Assembly (NCBI GenBank): GCA_964016885.1
Contig: OZ024743.1
Coordinates: forward strand, 161,138,001-161,202,000
DNA from: Eledone cirrhosa
Lineage: Eukaryota
Reading direction: 5' to 3'
Length of the DNA: 64,000 nt
Made by a program: the position numbers and the translations under genes. Below, in pieces: positions 1 to 12,548 of this stretch (positions within the stretch are counted from its first letter, which is position 1; each line of letters opens with the position of its first letter). The notes beneath the pieces are model-generated. The model saw only the letters and a program-made list of their open reading frames with translations, had not been told where the DNA came from and did not search any database.

Positions 1-689
1 GTGCGTCTGGGGGGGGGGGGGCTTTTTAACACGATTTTTCATTGTTGCAATAATACAATATTGTTCAGTTATAACAAAGAAGTCAAATTCAAAAAGCAGA
101 AACATGAGACCCGTTAACTTAGTTCAATAACTGTGATGTTATAAAATAAAAACATTTGTAAGTGTATAAATTTATTTGCTATTTCAGGAGGCATTAAAAT
201 GTAGAAATGAAAACAAGAGAACTTGAATTGCAGCTGTGGTATTTAAAACTAACGATTTTACGACGTCCTTAATGCTTTTTACAGTAAATCTGCTTTTTTC
301 TCAGTGGACGTCTTTGCTAAATAAATGCATTCTTACATACATACATGCATACATAGATTTAATTATATACATTACATACAAGCAAACGGACACAAAAACA
401 GACAGACAAATATATAGGTAGGTAGATAGATAGATTTGTTTCATTATTAGCCACAGTGGCACAAAAGAAGGGGACAAATACAAAGGTGAAGTTTACATAC
501 AATAAAAACGTGTAAAATACTATCACAAATGCAATTTAAAAATTAATCGATTTTCCCCAATAGGGGGAGATTTTTCATATGGGTAACACATACCCCCGAA
601 AAAATGTGCAACCCTCATCTCCAGGAATACGAAGAGTTTGTACCCCTTTCCTCTCTTCCTCTTTTTCCTCAACCTACAGGCTGATATAG

Positions 690-1477
690 AGAGAATGCCC
701 ATTCACTCGGGCCATTCTCGCCACTTTCACCCACCTTTCATAAAACTTGCTGGGGTACAGCACCTCTCTCTCCATCCTGATTCTTCTTCCAAAGTGGTAT
801 TTGAAAAAAAGAATCAGTTATTGGCCGGAGAGAAAGGTGTCTGACCTCAGCCCTTTTAACCTCGTCCACCATTCAACCTCTTTCGCCATAGCTATCACAC
901 AAAGGAAAACCGCATCTCCTTCGTTTTTGAAGGAGGGTGGCGGTTTGATCATAACAATGGACCCGATTGTCCCACCCGCGACAATAGTCGTTCTACATAG
1001 CCCCACAGGTCGGTAACGCCCGGGCGGTGTATGAATGCGTGCACGACGGTTTCTTCGTCTCGTACGTATCTCGGACAGATCTTTTTCGAAGGGTCCCTGC
1101 CCAGGCGCCCATGTCTGTAGATCTTGTCTCGAACTGGTTGAGCTCCTCGGTAGCACTGCCAGGCCAGGGACTTTCGGAAGTTGTCCATCGGTCCCAGGCG
1201 GAAGGTCCTACCGAACAGACTGGCCAGTTCGTATTCCTCTACGCCCAGAGTTTCTCCGAGCGTGTCGTCGCACTTGCTGCGGATCAACCCTCTATAGAAT
1301 GACGAAGTGGAGTCTCTACTGACCGCCGGGTCTGCCTGCCAGAGGGCTGTGGATCCTGGACTCAGAGATAGCAATTACATCCATACTGTGCGACCTGAGG
1401 TCGTTTAAGAGTTTGCCCTGTTTCCAGGGCATCCCCAGGCCGCGCACATTCACACACCTGACTTTTAAAACGGCCAT
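690..1477 (-). pseudogene. Tx1 ORF2 remnant: ~47 aa of endonuclease joined to the C-terminal zinc-finger region; RT absent
   Basis: NVRGL and DVIAISES motifs, then a junction at ~1336. Downstream part is colinear with the ORF2 C-terminus of the copy at 17680-18350. Confidence 0.8.
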
Positions 1478-1526
1478 GTTGGTGAGGAAGAGTTAGAAAA
1501 GAAGAGAAAAGAATTCACTTACATCC

Positions 1527-3119
1527 TCACTTCCTGGAGACCAGGCTGCACAATGTCCATAGGGGTGTTGGAGGGGTTGTTTGGTAGGGTGGTGGTTCCT
1601 GGTGGGGTGGGGACGGAGATACTTGGTGGTGAGGGGTGTCTGGGCTGAGGGTGGGGAAACGTTTCAAGAGGACGCGGTTCGTTGGTTTAATACATATTCG
1701 CCACGTCCTCAGCAAAGTTTTCCTTTAAGGACTTATAGGTGTCCGTAGGGACCCTAATCATCCTTAAATTAAGTTTGTCTTTACATTTGGTAAAATATTT
1801 TCCTTCGGTTTCCACGGAAGGGTTTTTGGAGATGACCTCCATCAAGGTTTTATTGTCAGTCTTTATGTATGTATAATATTTTTGTTGTGTTGTGTTAGTT
1901 TTTGTCTGTTGTTCTTGTGTGTGTTTTCGTTTTGTTGTGGGTATTTGTGTTTGGAGTGTTATCATTGTTTTGTTTCCGGGAGGGGGGATTTTTGTTTGTA
2001 ATGTTTGTGTTGTTTGTGTTGGTGGTTGTGTTTGTTGCTTTTTGTTCGTGTTATGTCTCTTTTTCTTTTTTTTTTTTTGGAGCGGAGGGGTTCTCCCTCA
2101 TCATCATAGGGGTTTCGTCCGTTGTGGTGTCTGTTTGATTGGGGAGGGGTACTTTGGGGGGAGCTGTTGTGCTTGTGGGTGTTTTTGGAGTTGATTTAGG
2201 TGGGGAGGGGTTGGGTGGGACTGTGTTTGCAGTTTGGTTTGTTTTTGTTATTTTTGTGTGTTGTTGTTGTTGTGGTGGTGGTGGTGGTTGTGTTTTTGTG
2301 TTGGGTGTCGGCAGTAGTGCCTTTTTTTTAATGCAGTTAATTGTGGACAGGAATCCCTCAGGTGACCACTGCTTAAACACTGGTAACATCAAGGCCGCCT
2401 ACCCTCAACAGAAATATTTATGTAGGAATGTCAATCCAGAGGCACTCGTTGTGGTATTCTAGCTATCCGTTCTGGTCTCATTTGGACCAGAACTTCTAAG
2501 CTTGTACCGTTAAATATGCCCCTGGAGGACTTTCCTACCGAAATTACTGTGTCTTCATCAAAATTGATGAAACCAGCTAATATCCATCAGATGTTTACAT
2601 TTGGTGTGATATTTCTTACTCTTATTTTTTGGGTCCTTTTCCCATATATGTGGGGAAAAAGGTGTAGAGGAGGGACACAATTGGCGACACAGAATATTTC
2701 TGTGCCGTCAATTGGTCTTTCATTATTATTGATAAACTCCCGAAGAGTTTTCCCTTCTGTATGAAGGTAATGTCCTTCATGGAGTTTCTTAGAACCAACA
2801 TCAATTTCGTTTTGAGTTAATTGAGCTGTCCTGAAAACTATAGTTTTCAGGACAGTGTCTCTACGCAATTCTTGGGGAGAAGTGATGCTAAAAGCGCCAT
2901 TCTCCCCAAAAGTTATGTATTGCTTGGCATCTCTTAGCAATTCTCCGGCATTAGAGATGTCAATCTGTGTATATAGTTCCGTCTTTTGGACAGTTTGTGC
3001 GAAGAAACCTTTTTTTCCTTGTTTGTGGAATTGTTCTTGTTGGTATTGTTGTCATTACTGTTGCTGCTGTTGGTGTTGTTGTCATCATTGTTGCTGTCGT
3101 TGTTGTTGTCATTGTTGTC

Positions 3120-3150
<31 letters not shown>

Positions 3151-3359
3151 TTGTAGTTCTCAATTGCTTGATTTGTGGTTATGGAATTCATTTGTGAAGT
3201 TGTGTTTTTCTCTTGTTCAATATTTTTGTGTGCAGTATGTGTTTCCATACTTTTATTTTGGTGTGATTTATCTCGGTCACTACCTCTTGCCATAGTGACA
3301 TTCATTTCAACGCTCCAATTTCCATTTGTGGCGGGATGCGCTTTAATTTTATCATTCAT
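1527..3359 (-). pseudogene. Tx1 ORF1 (gag-like, zinc knuckle) with stops and frameshifts
   Basis: ORF fragments 2934-3359, 2587-2940, 2051-2392, 1687-1965. CX2CX4HX4C motif. Poly-Asn and Pro/Thr low-complexity segments. Confidence 0.7.
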
Positions 3360-3593
3360 ATTTAAAACAAATTGTTATAAAGTTTTATGAAAATTTTATA
3401 AAGATCAAATTTTCGCCCCTGGGGGGCGAAAATTTCAGTGACCCACCCACTGACAATTTAGTCAGAGGGTCAATTTAGTCACTGACAATTTAGTGAGAGG
3501 GTATATTTTTTTAAAACAATAATTTTTGTTTTTTATAAATAAAAGACAAAAACTTACCAGCGTGAGTGGCACACAACTTCCTCTATTTCAGAC

Positions 3594-3838
<245 letters not shown>

Positions 3839-4146
3839 CCTCGTTTGCTGGCAGCGAAACATTGTCACGACAAAGAAGAATTTGTTGTCATGGAAACGAG
3901 AGAAAAATGTGATGTGATAGTGAGTGCGTATATGAAAGAAGGGAAATCGGAGAAAGGGATAGAGGCGAAGCGGAGAGAACGAAATAGAGAAACAGATAAG
4001 AAGATAAGATAAAAAAAGGGGGTAAGGATAAAAGTGTTAAATAGATAGCGTCATACTCTCATTTCATTATCTAATCAGCAATGATTACGAAGGTAGGAGG
4101 ACGGGGAATCAGTGACCATTGCCCTGGCAGGATGTCGGAAAATAAT

Positions 4147-4333
4147 TGTTTATACTTTAGGCACAAGGCCAGCAACTACCCAGTGCCTCACTGGTACTTT
4201 ATTTTATCGACCCCGTAAGGATGAAAGGCAAAGTCAACCTCGGCGGGATTTGAACTCAGATCGTAAAGGGACGTAACTATGCTAGAAAGCATGGCGTCCG
4301 ACCCTCTACCGATACTGCCAATCCACCGCCCTT
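4147..4333 (-). mobile_element. tRNA-derived SINE (family A) with 17-bp TSD
   Basis: A box TGGCAGTATCGG, B box GTTCAAATCC, conserved core GCCTTTCATCC..GGGGTCGATAAAATAAAGTACCAG. GGATGTCGGAAAATAAT at 4130-4146 and 4334-4350. Confidence 0.9.
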
Positions 4334-4779
4334 GGATGTCGGAAAATAATGAGCTCATATTCGGCTTAAATGTCTACAAGAATAGAAAGGAAGTTAGACG
4401 AGCGAGAGACAGAAAGAGAGAGTGGGCGTCTCTTGGACATGTTTCTCTTACATCAAATACCTGTGGTCTCTCTTTAAATTTTCGGCGAAAGTAATGTTGC
4501 TCATGAAATACCCACCCCTTACGTTTTTCTATTCAGAGATGAAAGGAATACTTAAAGTATATACACCATGGAGTGATAGGTGTGGTTCATTGCTTGGTGA
4601 CAAAATGTGTGTGTGTGTGTATATTCTGCGTCAGCGTACATACACACACAATTTAAGTTAAAATGTGTCCCTAGCTTAGAAGCTAATCAAGCTGGAGCTT
4701 TTCATGGTTTCATTGGCGTCAAGTGACTGAGAGTATACGTCGCAAGTTTAACCACCAGCTTTTTGATGGTACTCATTTT

Positions 4780-4897
4780 TCCCAAGTGAACTGGAGCAAC
4801 GTGGCAGCTCAATAAAACAATGCCGCGCCTGGACCAGGAATTGAATTCTCGACCACACGATTGTGATCTAACACCCAAATCACTAGACCGCACACCT
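4780..4897 (-). mobile_element. tRNA-derived SINE (family B), decayed
   Basis: Reverse complement shares CACGTTGCTCCAGTTCAC and the tRNA-like head with 48218-48360 and 51181-51290. Confidence 0.65.
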
Positions 4898-6099
4898 TCT
4901 GATACACACACACATGGTTGGGTCATAAATGATCCGCAAAGTATTTCTTCTCCTCCCGGATTAGTTGTACGGATGAAGGGAAGAAAGTGTTCTCAAATGA
5001 TGGGCCTTAAACTGGGTGGCTGATAAATTCTACACCCCAGAAAATGGGATTTTAAGGCAGAATGCCAAAAGCCGAGTAATATGTAAAGCCAAACTATCCT
5101 AAACTCTAAAAATTCTGCCAGTGCACTTCTCAAGATTGGTACTTTATCTATTAACTCCAGAATGTCGAAAGGCAAAGTTAACTGCAGGATTTCACCTTAG
5201 AACGCAAATGCTAGAATAAAATGTAAATTTGTATTTTTAAATTAATCTCTTACGATGAAGTTAATAGCCTGTAAAATCTTAATTATTTATTTCTTACTTT
5301 CATATTTGTGGCTAGCTGCCAAGGCTAAACACACACACGCGCACGCGCGCGCATGTACTTACATACATGCATAAAAAGGATTAGGTATTAGATCTCCATT
5401 ACGTTTATTGAGGTGTGACGCGCATTTCGCAATTGATCAGCTGAAGGCTGATCTGTATCGATCTGGTCCGACTCTGGTATCAAAAACTCGTCGATCTTCT
5501 GCTATGATAATGACAGAAAGATCATTCTGTCATTTCTGTAGTTTCTATGTATGTGAGTGTGTACGACTGTGTGTGTGTATTATCACGTGTATGTTGAATG
5601 AGTGAGTGTGTGTATAGGTGATTGTTTATGTATGTGAGTATTACGTATACACACGTATATGTCTGTATTAGTGGATGTGTATGTGATGTTTCTATTGTTT
5701 TTACGTGTGTGAGTGTGTAATTTAGCGTGTGTGTATGTTGTATCTACATGCGTGTTGTGGTTGTGTTTGGTCAGTAGCGGAAATATATCATGTACATGTG
5801 TGTGCGTGTGGTTGTGTGGATGTTTATGGATGGGTATGTCCGTGTAATTGGTGGAGTATACAGGTAGATCCAGGAGAGAGAGAGAGAGAGAAAGAGGGAG
5901 AGAGCATGCGTCGACTATGGGTCCTGCGATGCTAATGTAGGTTTCGTCAGAGCGGAAGTGAGGGTGGCGCGCGCAGAACGGAAGTGAGTGGAGAAGGGGC
6001 AGTGTGTAGTAGGGTGTGTGTATGTGTAGGTGTGTGTTTAGATGCGGTGTTGTTAGGAAGCAAGGTGTGCCTGTGTGGTTATTAGACTATTTCAATTTT

Positions 6100-6460
6100 C
6101 ATATGTATTAAGTAAACATCGAAGCTGAAGCTTTTCTAAACAGAGAAAAGGAGACGGATGTGTCGAGTGTTCTCGGTGGTTGTCTTACACATCTAACTTC
6201 TGAGGAACAGATCCCATTATATTAGTAGTAGAGGAGGCGGCAGAGTGATGAAACAGTGTGTCTGTAGACTGAATGTGGGAAAGTGGATGGTATTGGTGTC
6301 CTTGTCAATCAGTTGGGCGGCTTTCATTTAGATGCAGTCAAGGATGTTTTTGTACGTAGCAGCATTACCATCCCAGATGCGTAGAAGCATTCCTTTGTTT
6401 GCCTCACGCGAGCTTTGTAGAAAAACAACAATTGTTCGGACCTGATGAATTTCCTAGACC
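6100..6460 (-). mobile_element. Decayed LINE 3' fragment (Jockey/CR1-like RT C-terminus)
   Basis: Minus-strand EQLLFFYKARVR..HLGW-like translation resembles the LYKAQVRPxMEYxSHIW region. Confidence 0.45.
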
Positions 6461-7129
6461 CGAAGTGACAAAGTGTATGCTGAATCGTTAGAAGGGGTTG
6501 TGATGCTTAGAGAGTTTCAATTGTATGTCGTTTCAAATTAAAGAGGATAAAGCAGACATTGTTTTCTTGATATGTAAGTTTATTACGCATCCGTGGAGAC
6601 AACGTCAATGATAGCTTTAAAACTTAGTATTGCAAGTTACAGAAACATGTAAATTATAAGACATTTTGGCTGCTTATAACAGAGATGCGTTCTTAACCAA
6701 GTGGTACCTATTTGCAGTTTGCTAAACAGGACTGGTGAGATTAAATCTCTCAACAATTTCTATGGTGGTACGGTGCCAGTGACAGGTTACGAACAATTGA
6801 CTTGTTGACCAATATTCTAATCTTAAATTCAACTCTCACAGATATGTTATCACCACATTAATATGAATTATTTCTAGCTTTATCAACAAGAGACATATCA
6901 CAAGAGAGCTTTCGCTTTAATTAGAATCTCCTTAATGTTTTGAATTTCATTATGTTAGTTGAGTCAGAGGCATATGTTCCTGGTTATAATACATGTTCAT
7001 TACTGCTATAACTAACAGATTGAGTGACGTGTTGCAGCTATGTAAGTGTAGTGGATAAATGTTATTATTTGATGGATGTTTGATAACAAGAATGCCAGGA
7101 TTGTGATGTTGACAATGTTTATTTTACAA

Positions 7130-7280
7130 CAAAGGTTCTCAAGGGGGGGATCATATGCACCCCCGGGGGCGTTTCGGAGCTCCGGTGGGGTATTTTGGAG
7201 CAAGGGGAATCTAGGAGGGCGCTGGAAGGCTCTTTACTTTGTACGTCTCTGAGACAGCCAGTGTGAATGCATTTGAATGA
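7130..7280 (+). mobile_element. Solo left end of the hAT family seen at 39925
   Basis: CAAAGGTTCTCAA..GCACCCCC..GAGACAGCCAGTGTGAATGCATTTGAATGA matches 39925-40117. Preceded by TTTTACAA (NNNTANNN). Confidence 0.85.
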
Positions 7281-7943
7281 AGAAAACGAAGAAAATAAAT
7301 AAAATAAGCTTGTCAACGAATTCCCTAGGGAGATAAAAGAAAAACGAAAGAAGTCAAAGAAAATGAAAATAAGGGCAACGTCAACTATGACAACAGTTAC
7401 AAGAACAACTTCAACAGAAATGACAAGAAAAAGAAGCAATGGTGATGAAAGGTGTGGGTGTATACTTATACATACAAACATGCACACGCATGCATATGTG
7501 CATATGTACATACATACATACACACAGGCCGGCGTTGGTGTTTCATGAGGTTAAAAAAACTGTGGTAGTTAATGTCCTTAGGTAATAAAATCTGGAGACA
7601 ATTATCTCCTTAGCAAAAAAACATAAATCATGTCACATATACAGTACACACACTTAAATATAAATGCATGTATATATACAATTATATAAATGTATAGTTA
7701 TACATATACGTAAATGTATGTATATATGTATGTATGTAGTTATATATATATATAATACACACGCACACACACACACACACACACACATATACATACACAC
7801 ATACATTTTTTTTCCTTTTTCAGTGTGGTATATCTTAGGTAGTAGGGTCCGTACCGTAGATACCACTCAATGTAATCCATTAAAATTATAGTGAAGTTCT
7901 GTTTCGTTGAGTTAATTCTTTAGATACAGAGTCAGCTATTAGG

Positions 7944-8027
7944 TATTAAATTAACAATGAAAATAAAAACAACAAAGTTATAAAGTAACTTGACTTTGTT
8001 GTTTTTATTTTCATTGTTAATTTAATA
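7944..8027. repeat. Inverted repeat, 35-bp arms, 14-nt loop
   Basis: TATTAAATTAACAATGAAAATAAAAACAACAAAGT and its reverse complement. Confidence 0.9.
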
Positions 8028-8791
8028 ACATATATATCTGTTAGACACGCAGTGACTAACAACAGAATGTTTTAAGTCTGCGTGTCTGACATATATGCGT
8101 AGCTTGTGAATAAAAAATTCAAGGGGTGTCGCTGGCCGTGGTGATGATCACTGCCAAACATGTTTTGTAATGTATCGTCTTATTGGCTAATTTCATCGTC
8201 TTATTGGCTAATCAACCAACGAGAGTAATTGTTGCTCAAAAGTATCCGCCATTTTGTTTGCACGTTTATTTATCGTTTCGCTTTCGAATCTTCCTCCTGT
8301 ATTTCGTCGTTTATCATCAAAATATTTTTCTCATTTTGGTAAGTTATATTGTTAATTTATATATGATTTTTTAAATTTATATTAACTATTTTTTTTTCAG
8401 TTCGTTATAACATGCTTATAATATTGGTTGTGTCATATTTACTTCTATATTTGTCCATATTATTGTTCGTTTTATGTTAGATTATTTTATTATTATTATG
8501 TTAGATTATTTTTTTTATTACTATGTTAGACTATTTATATGTAATACTTAATTTTTATTAATTCAACTATAACAATTATTATGTAAAATATATTTATTTA
8601 ATATTGATTGTTTTTTGTAGTTGTTTATATTAAAAGTCTGAAAATATTTTTATACATCTTACAATAATATTTATAAGATCATTTATAAAATAAAAATTAT
8701 ATAATCTAATTACATTGCAACAATAATTTATTATTAATATATATCATGTTTAACTAGAGTTATTACAACCGTTGCCTTAAAAAAATATTAA

Positions 8792-9239
8792 ACTAGACCT
8801 GAAAAATGCGCAAGCTCAAAAGAGCCACAGAATGTTATAATAAACTTTCAAATGTGTGGGACTAGAGTTGTTGCTCAAAAATATTGTAATCATTATCTAT
8901 CGTACACTCTGTGGCATTTATTTATAAAAAAAAGAGGCGCATAACGAACTCAAGACGACACGATAATTATTTAAGTGAATTTATAATATAGAATTCGGTT
9001 TAAATGCATTTCGTATTAATCATTACTAAACATCTAATATGAGATACTGAACATTAGCTTAAATAATTATCGTGTCGTCTTGAGTTCGTTGTGAGTCTCT
9101 CTTTTATAAAAGGATACCACAGAGTGTACGATAGATAATGATTACAATATGTTTGAGCAACAACTGTAGTCCCACACTTTTGAAGGTTTATTATAACATT
9201 CTGTGGCTCTTTTGAGCTTGCTCATTTCTCAGGTCTAGT
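8792..9239. mobile_element. Foldback element, ~183-bp imperfect inverted arms with ~82-bp spacer
   Basis: 8792-8975 is the reverse complement of 9058-9239 with scattered mismatches. Followed by (TA)n. Confidence 0.8.
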
Positions 9240-9249
9240 ATATATATAT

Positions 9250-9455
9250 GCGCAGTGTAACAAGAAGCTTGCTTCCCAAACACATGTTTCCGGGTTCAGT
9301 CCCACTGCCCGAGCCGACCTAAACCTGTGAGTGGATTTGATAGACCGAAACTAAAAGAAGCGCGTCGTATATATGTATATATGTCTGTGTGTGTCTTTGC
9401 GTTTCTGTTTGCCGTCCCACCAATGCTTGTTGATTTGTTGACGTCCCCATAACTT
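9250..9455 (+). mobile_element. tRNA-derived SINE fragment
   Basis: GCGCAGTG..AAGAAGCTTGCTTCCCAA..CCGGGTTCAGTCCCACTG head. Confidence 0.55.
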
Positions 9456-9525
9456 ACCAAGATGATACTCTAGCATGGGCGTAGTCCAGAGACTGAAAAA
9501 ATGTAAAATGTATATATGTGTGTGT

Positions 9526-9577
<52 letters not shown>

Positions 9578-9751
9578 GAGGGGCCTCAAACTCAAGGGCA
9601 TAAAAGGGCCATTGCGTCCTGGAAAACAGGCACAGTGGGCCAAACGTCGTGGTGGGTGATGATTTTCACCAGTTATAATCATTTCCACTATAGGTACAAG
9701 GCATGAAATTTGGGGTTTAGGGTCCCATCGATTACATCGATCCCAGTTCAC

Positions 9752-9893
9752 AACTGGTACTTAATTTATCGAGCCCAAAAGGATGAAAGGTAAAGTTGAG
9801 ATCGGCGGAATTTGAACTCAGAACGTAAAAACGGAAGAAGTACCGCCAAGCATTTTGCCAGATGTGCTAACGATTCCACCAGCTCACCGCCTT
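9752..9893 (-). mobile_element. SINE, family A-related
   Basis: CTGGTAC..TTATCGA..AGGATGAAAGG..CGGCGGAATTTGAACTCAGA. Confidence 0.8.
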
Positions 9894-10687
9894 ATTTATA
9901 ATAATGCTCATAACTAGAAGGATGTGTATATTAGGTTGATTTATGGTCAGCCATCTGTGTTTCCCCTGTCTACAAGCTGGGGTCACAGGTCAAGTGGTAT
10001 GTACGTTTATCATCCTGTTTCTTGACAGGACAATCGTGGGAAATTCCCGATAATGGGTGGTCTCAGATGCGAGAACTCTTAGATTCGGTTTCGAATCTTC
10101 ACCGGGAATTTATAGGATAATTCCGTTACATAAGTATTCAAGCTCACTCTCAAACCAACCAAATAGTCAATCCTCTATTTAAGTACTAAAGTTACCTCAT
10201 TTTCGTTGATCGTGTCTCATCAGCTCAAATGATCATTTACCCAGAGGTAATTACTGATTGTAATTACAGAATATTAAGCTTTGTGGCTTGCAAGTAACAA
10301 TCATTACGTTCCATCATTTACCAAGAATAGATTAGAAATGTTGATTAACCAATACTTATTAAACTATTTGCGTTGTTCTTTAAATGTATACTTACTACTT
10401 GTTTATAAGTGGATAGAAGAGAATGGACTCAGAAGCTTTACTGACATCGATGATATTTAGAATCTCAAGTGTGGATTATGGTTATTGTTTAAAGAGATGA
10501 ATGAATTAGAAAAAAGAATGTATGAATTGACAATGTCAAGGTTCGAGCATTCTAGATTTCTTTAAAGTGTGCATATGGTAATATACCTTTTGATACTGCT
10601 TCAGGTAGTATCCTGTTAGGCTTTGGAATATATTAATTTTGCTCAATTTCTAAATTATTAGTATTTAGCAGTATTAATATGAGTAGA

Positions 10688-10830
10688 TAAGCGGCGAATT
10701 GGCAGAGATGTTAGAACGTCGGATAGAGTTCTTTGCGGTCTTTGTTTCGTCTCTCTACTCTCAAACCTAGTCGAGGTCAACTTTGCCTTTCATCCATTCG
10801 AGGTCGATAAAAAAAGTACCAGTCCATTAT
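10688..10830 (+). mobile_element. SINE, family A-related
   Basis: GGCGAATTGGCAGA..TTTGCCTTTCATCCATTCGAGGTCGATAAAAAAAGTACCAG. Confidence 0.8.
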
Positions 10831-11149
10831 TTGTGTCGATTCTTACTCTATATCTCTTTCTCACTTCCATTCTATCACTCTCTATCCTTCTCAGGATGAA
10901 ATCGGCTGTATTCAGACCTGGAGAAGAGATGGCTCCACCAGGTTTTAAAATGACCAAGAAACGCTGTATGTGAACACAGCGCCTCTACGACTCCTTCAGG
11001 AGATAAGGGACTAAAGCAAAGAAGAATATTAGTTGTTGAAAATGTTCGTAAGTGCAATAATGTTTTCAGGTCCTAGGTATTTTATATGATTTCCTCCTAT
11101 CTTTTCTAATGTCTTTTGGAAGTAAAGCCTCGTAGTTGTTGTATTAGTG

Positions 11150-11830
11150 GAAGGTTTCTCTATTACCTTTTGTATTTCTGACGTCTTTGTGCGGTATTTG
11201 GTAACTGACTTTGATAAAATCTTTAATCAAGAAAATTGCTGACTATCAAAATATAAATATGTCACTTGAAATTGTTATTGTGACGTGTATTGTTATCGTA
11301 ACCCGTTGTTAAATTGGTTTATACTGCTAATTGTTTTATATGATATTTTATTACTTGTTTGGCAATTTATGTTGAAATGTTTGTCGTTTTTCTGTTTTTC
11401 TTTTATTCATTTACTTTGTTGGGTTATTTGCAGAGGTTTATTTCTTTTGTGCGTGTCATGTTGGCGTGTTTTGTTTAAGGTTGTCCTTAAGTGATTTTTG
11501 TTTTGGCGATGGAGGGGCTATTGTTTTTTTTTTTGGGGGGGGGGGGGGGGGTAATCCGGTTGGTTATGTCAATAATGCAATTTTTGGTTGCAATATACTA
11601 ACTTACTTTGTAGGATTACTTTAGGTAAACGATTATATGGCGACCCATATTTTCGTGTTGGTAATTGTGATGTTGTTTAGCCCCCAGCAGCAGACTTATG
11701 ATAAAGAAACTCCAGTTGTGACTATGTTTTATTCTAATATAATATACCTAGTATTGCATTATCCATTGCAACGTTCCTTTTCTAATATAGAAATGTGTAA
11801 TTTGAAGGAATTTGTGTTGCTATGGCTATC
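11150..11830 (-). mobile_element. Highly decayed LINE 3' remnant (RTE-like)
   Basis: Minus-strand RLPKVIL..DNLKQN-like fragments. No intact frame. Confidence 0.3.
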
Positions 11831-12209
11831 AGTTCCAGTGACTACGTGTAGGCTTCCTTTTTTGTCTTATGAGCAGGATATTTCAATTTCTCGTTGAGGT
11901 TATATTTCTAACACAGCTAATGATCTTTTGGAAGACATGAGTGTTCCATTTTCCATTTATGCTGCTATAAATTATAACACTTTCTGTTGCTGGTGAAAGA
12001 AAACTCCCCATTATGTTCACATAAATAAGATGGTGGGTTTGGTATAAGCATTTGAGTGGGAGAAATAATAGAAAAAAATGAATGTAGATTCTATAGTTTC
12101 ATGACCCATTGATATCGATAAACCTATTGAATATTTAGGATTATATTAAGAAATATCAGTAAGTTGCTGTTGTCATTCAATAAACTGAAACCTTATTACA
12201 CAGAACCTT

Positions 12210-12548
12210 TAGGGCGGTGGATTAGCAAGTTCGGTACCAAAGCGGACAAGATATTTTATAGTATATTTTTGTCGCTTTGAGTTTCATTCTCTACGTGGTT
12301 GAACTTTTCTTTTCATTATCCCAAGAATTAGAGCGGTGGATTGCAGAGCCGTTAGAACGTCGGACAAAAAAAGAAAAAAAAAAAAAAAAAAAAATTTGCA
12401 GTATTTGTTCCGGCTCTTTACGTTCTGGGCTCAAATTCCGCCGAGTTCAACTTTGTATTTTATCCTTCCGAGGTCGATGAAATAACGTACCCGTCGTGTA
12501 TTATAGCCCCATCCCTCAAATTACTGGCCTTATGCCACTATTAGAAAG
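12210..12548 (+). mobile_element. Two adjacent family A SINE copies
   Basis: GCGGTGGATT heads at ~12213 and ~12332. TCCTTCCGAGGTCGATGAAATAA core. CTGGCCTTATGCC tail. Confidence 0.7.

Larger units (their letters stand above)
435..3593 (-). mobile_element. L1/Tx1-clade non-LTR retrotransposon with 5'UTR, decayed ORF1 and internally deleted ORF2
   Basis: ORF1 remnant with CCHC knuckle CYQCLSSGHLRDSC (~2345-2389). ORF2 starts at 1477 (MAVLKVRCVNVRGL..DVIAISES, APE endonuclease N-terminus) and is fused to the C-terminal region (FYRGL..SLAWQCYRGA..CPR..EETVVHAF). 3' end TGTGGCTAATAATGAAACAAA. (TCTA)n on both flanks. Confidence 0.88.

Noticed and set aside
10195-10230. Minus-strand CTGATGAG..CGAAA hammerhead-like match
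   Set aside because: Stems I and II do not pair.
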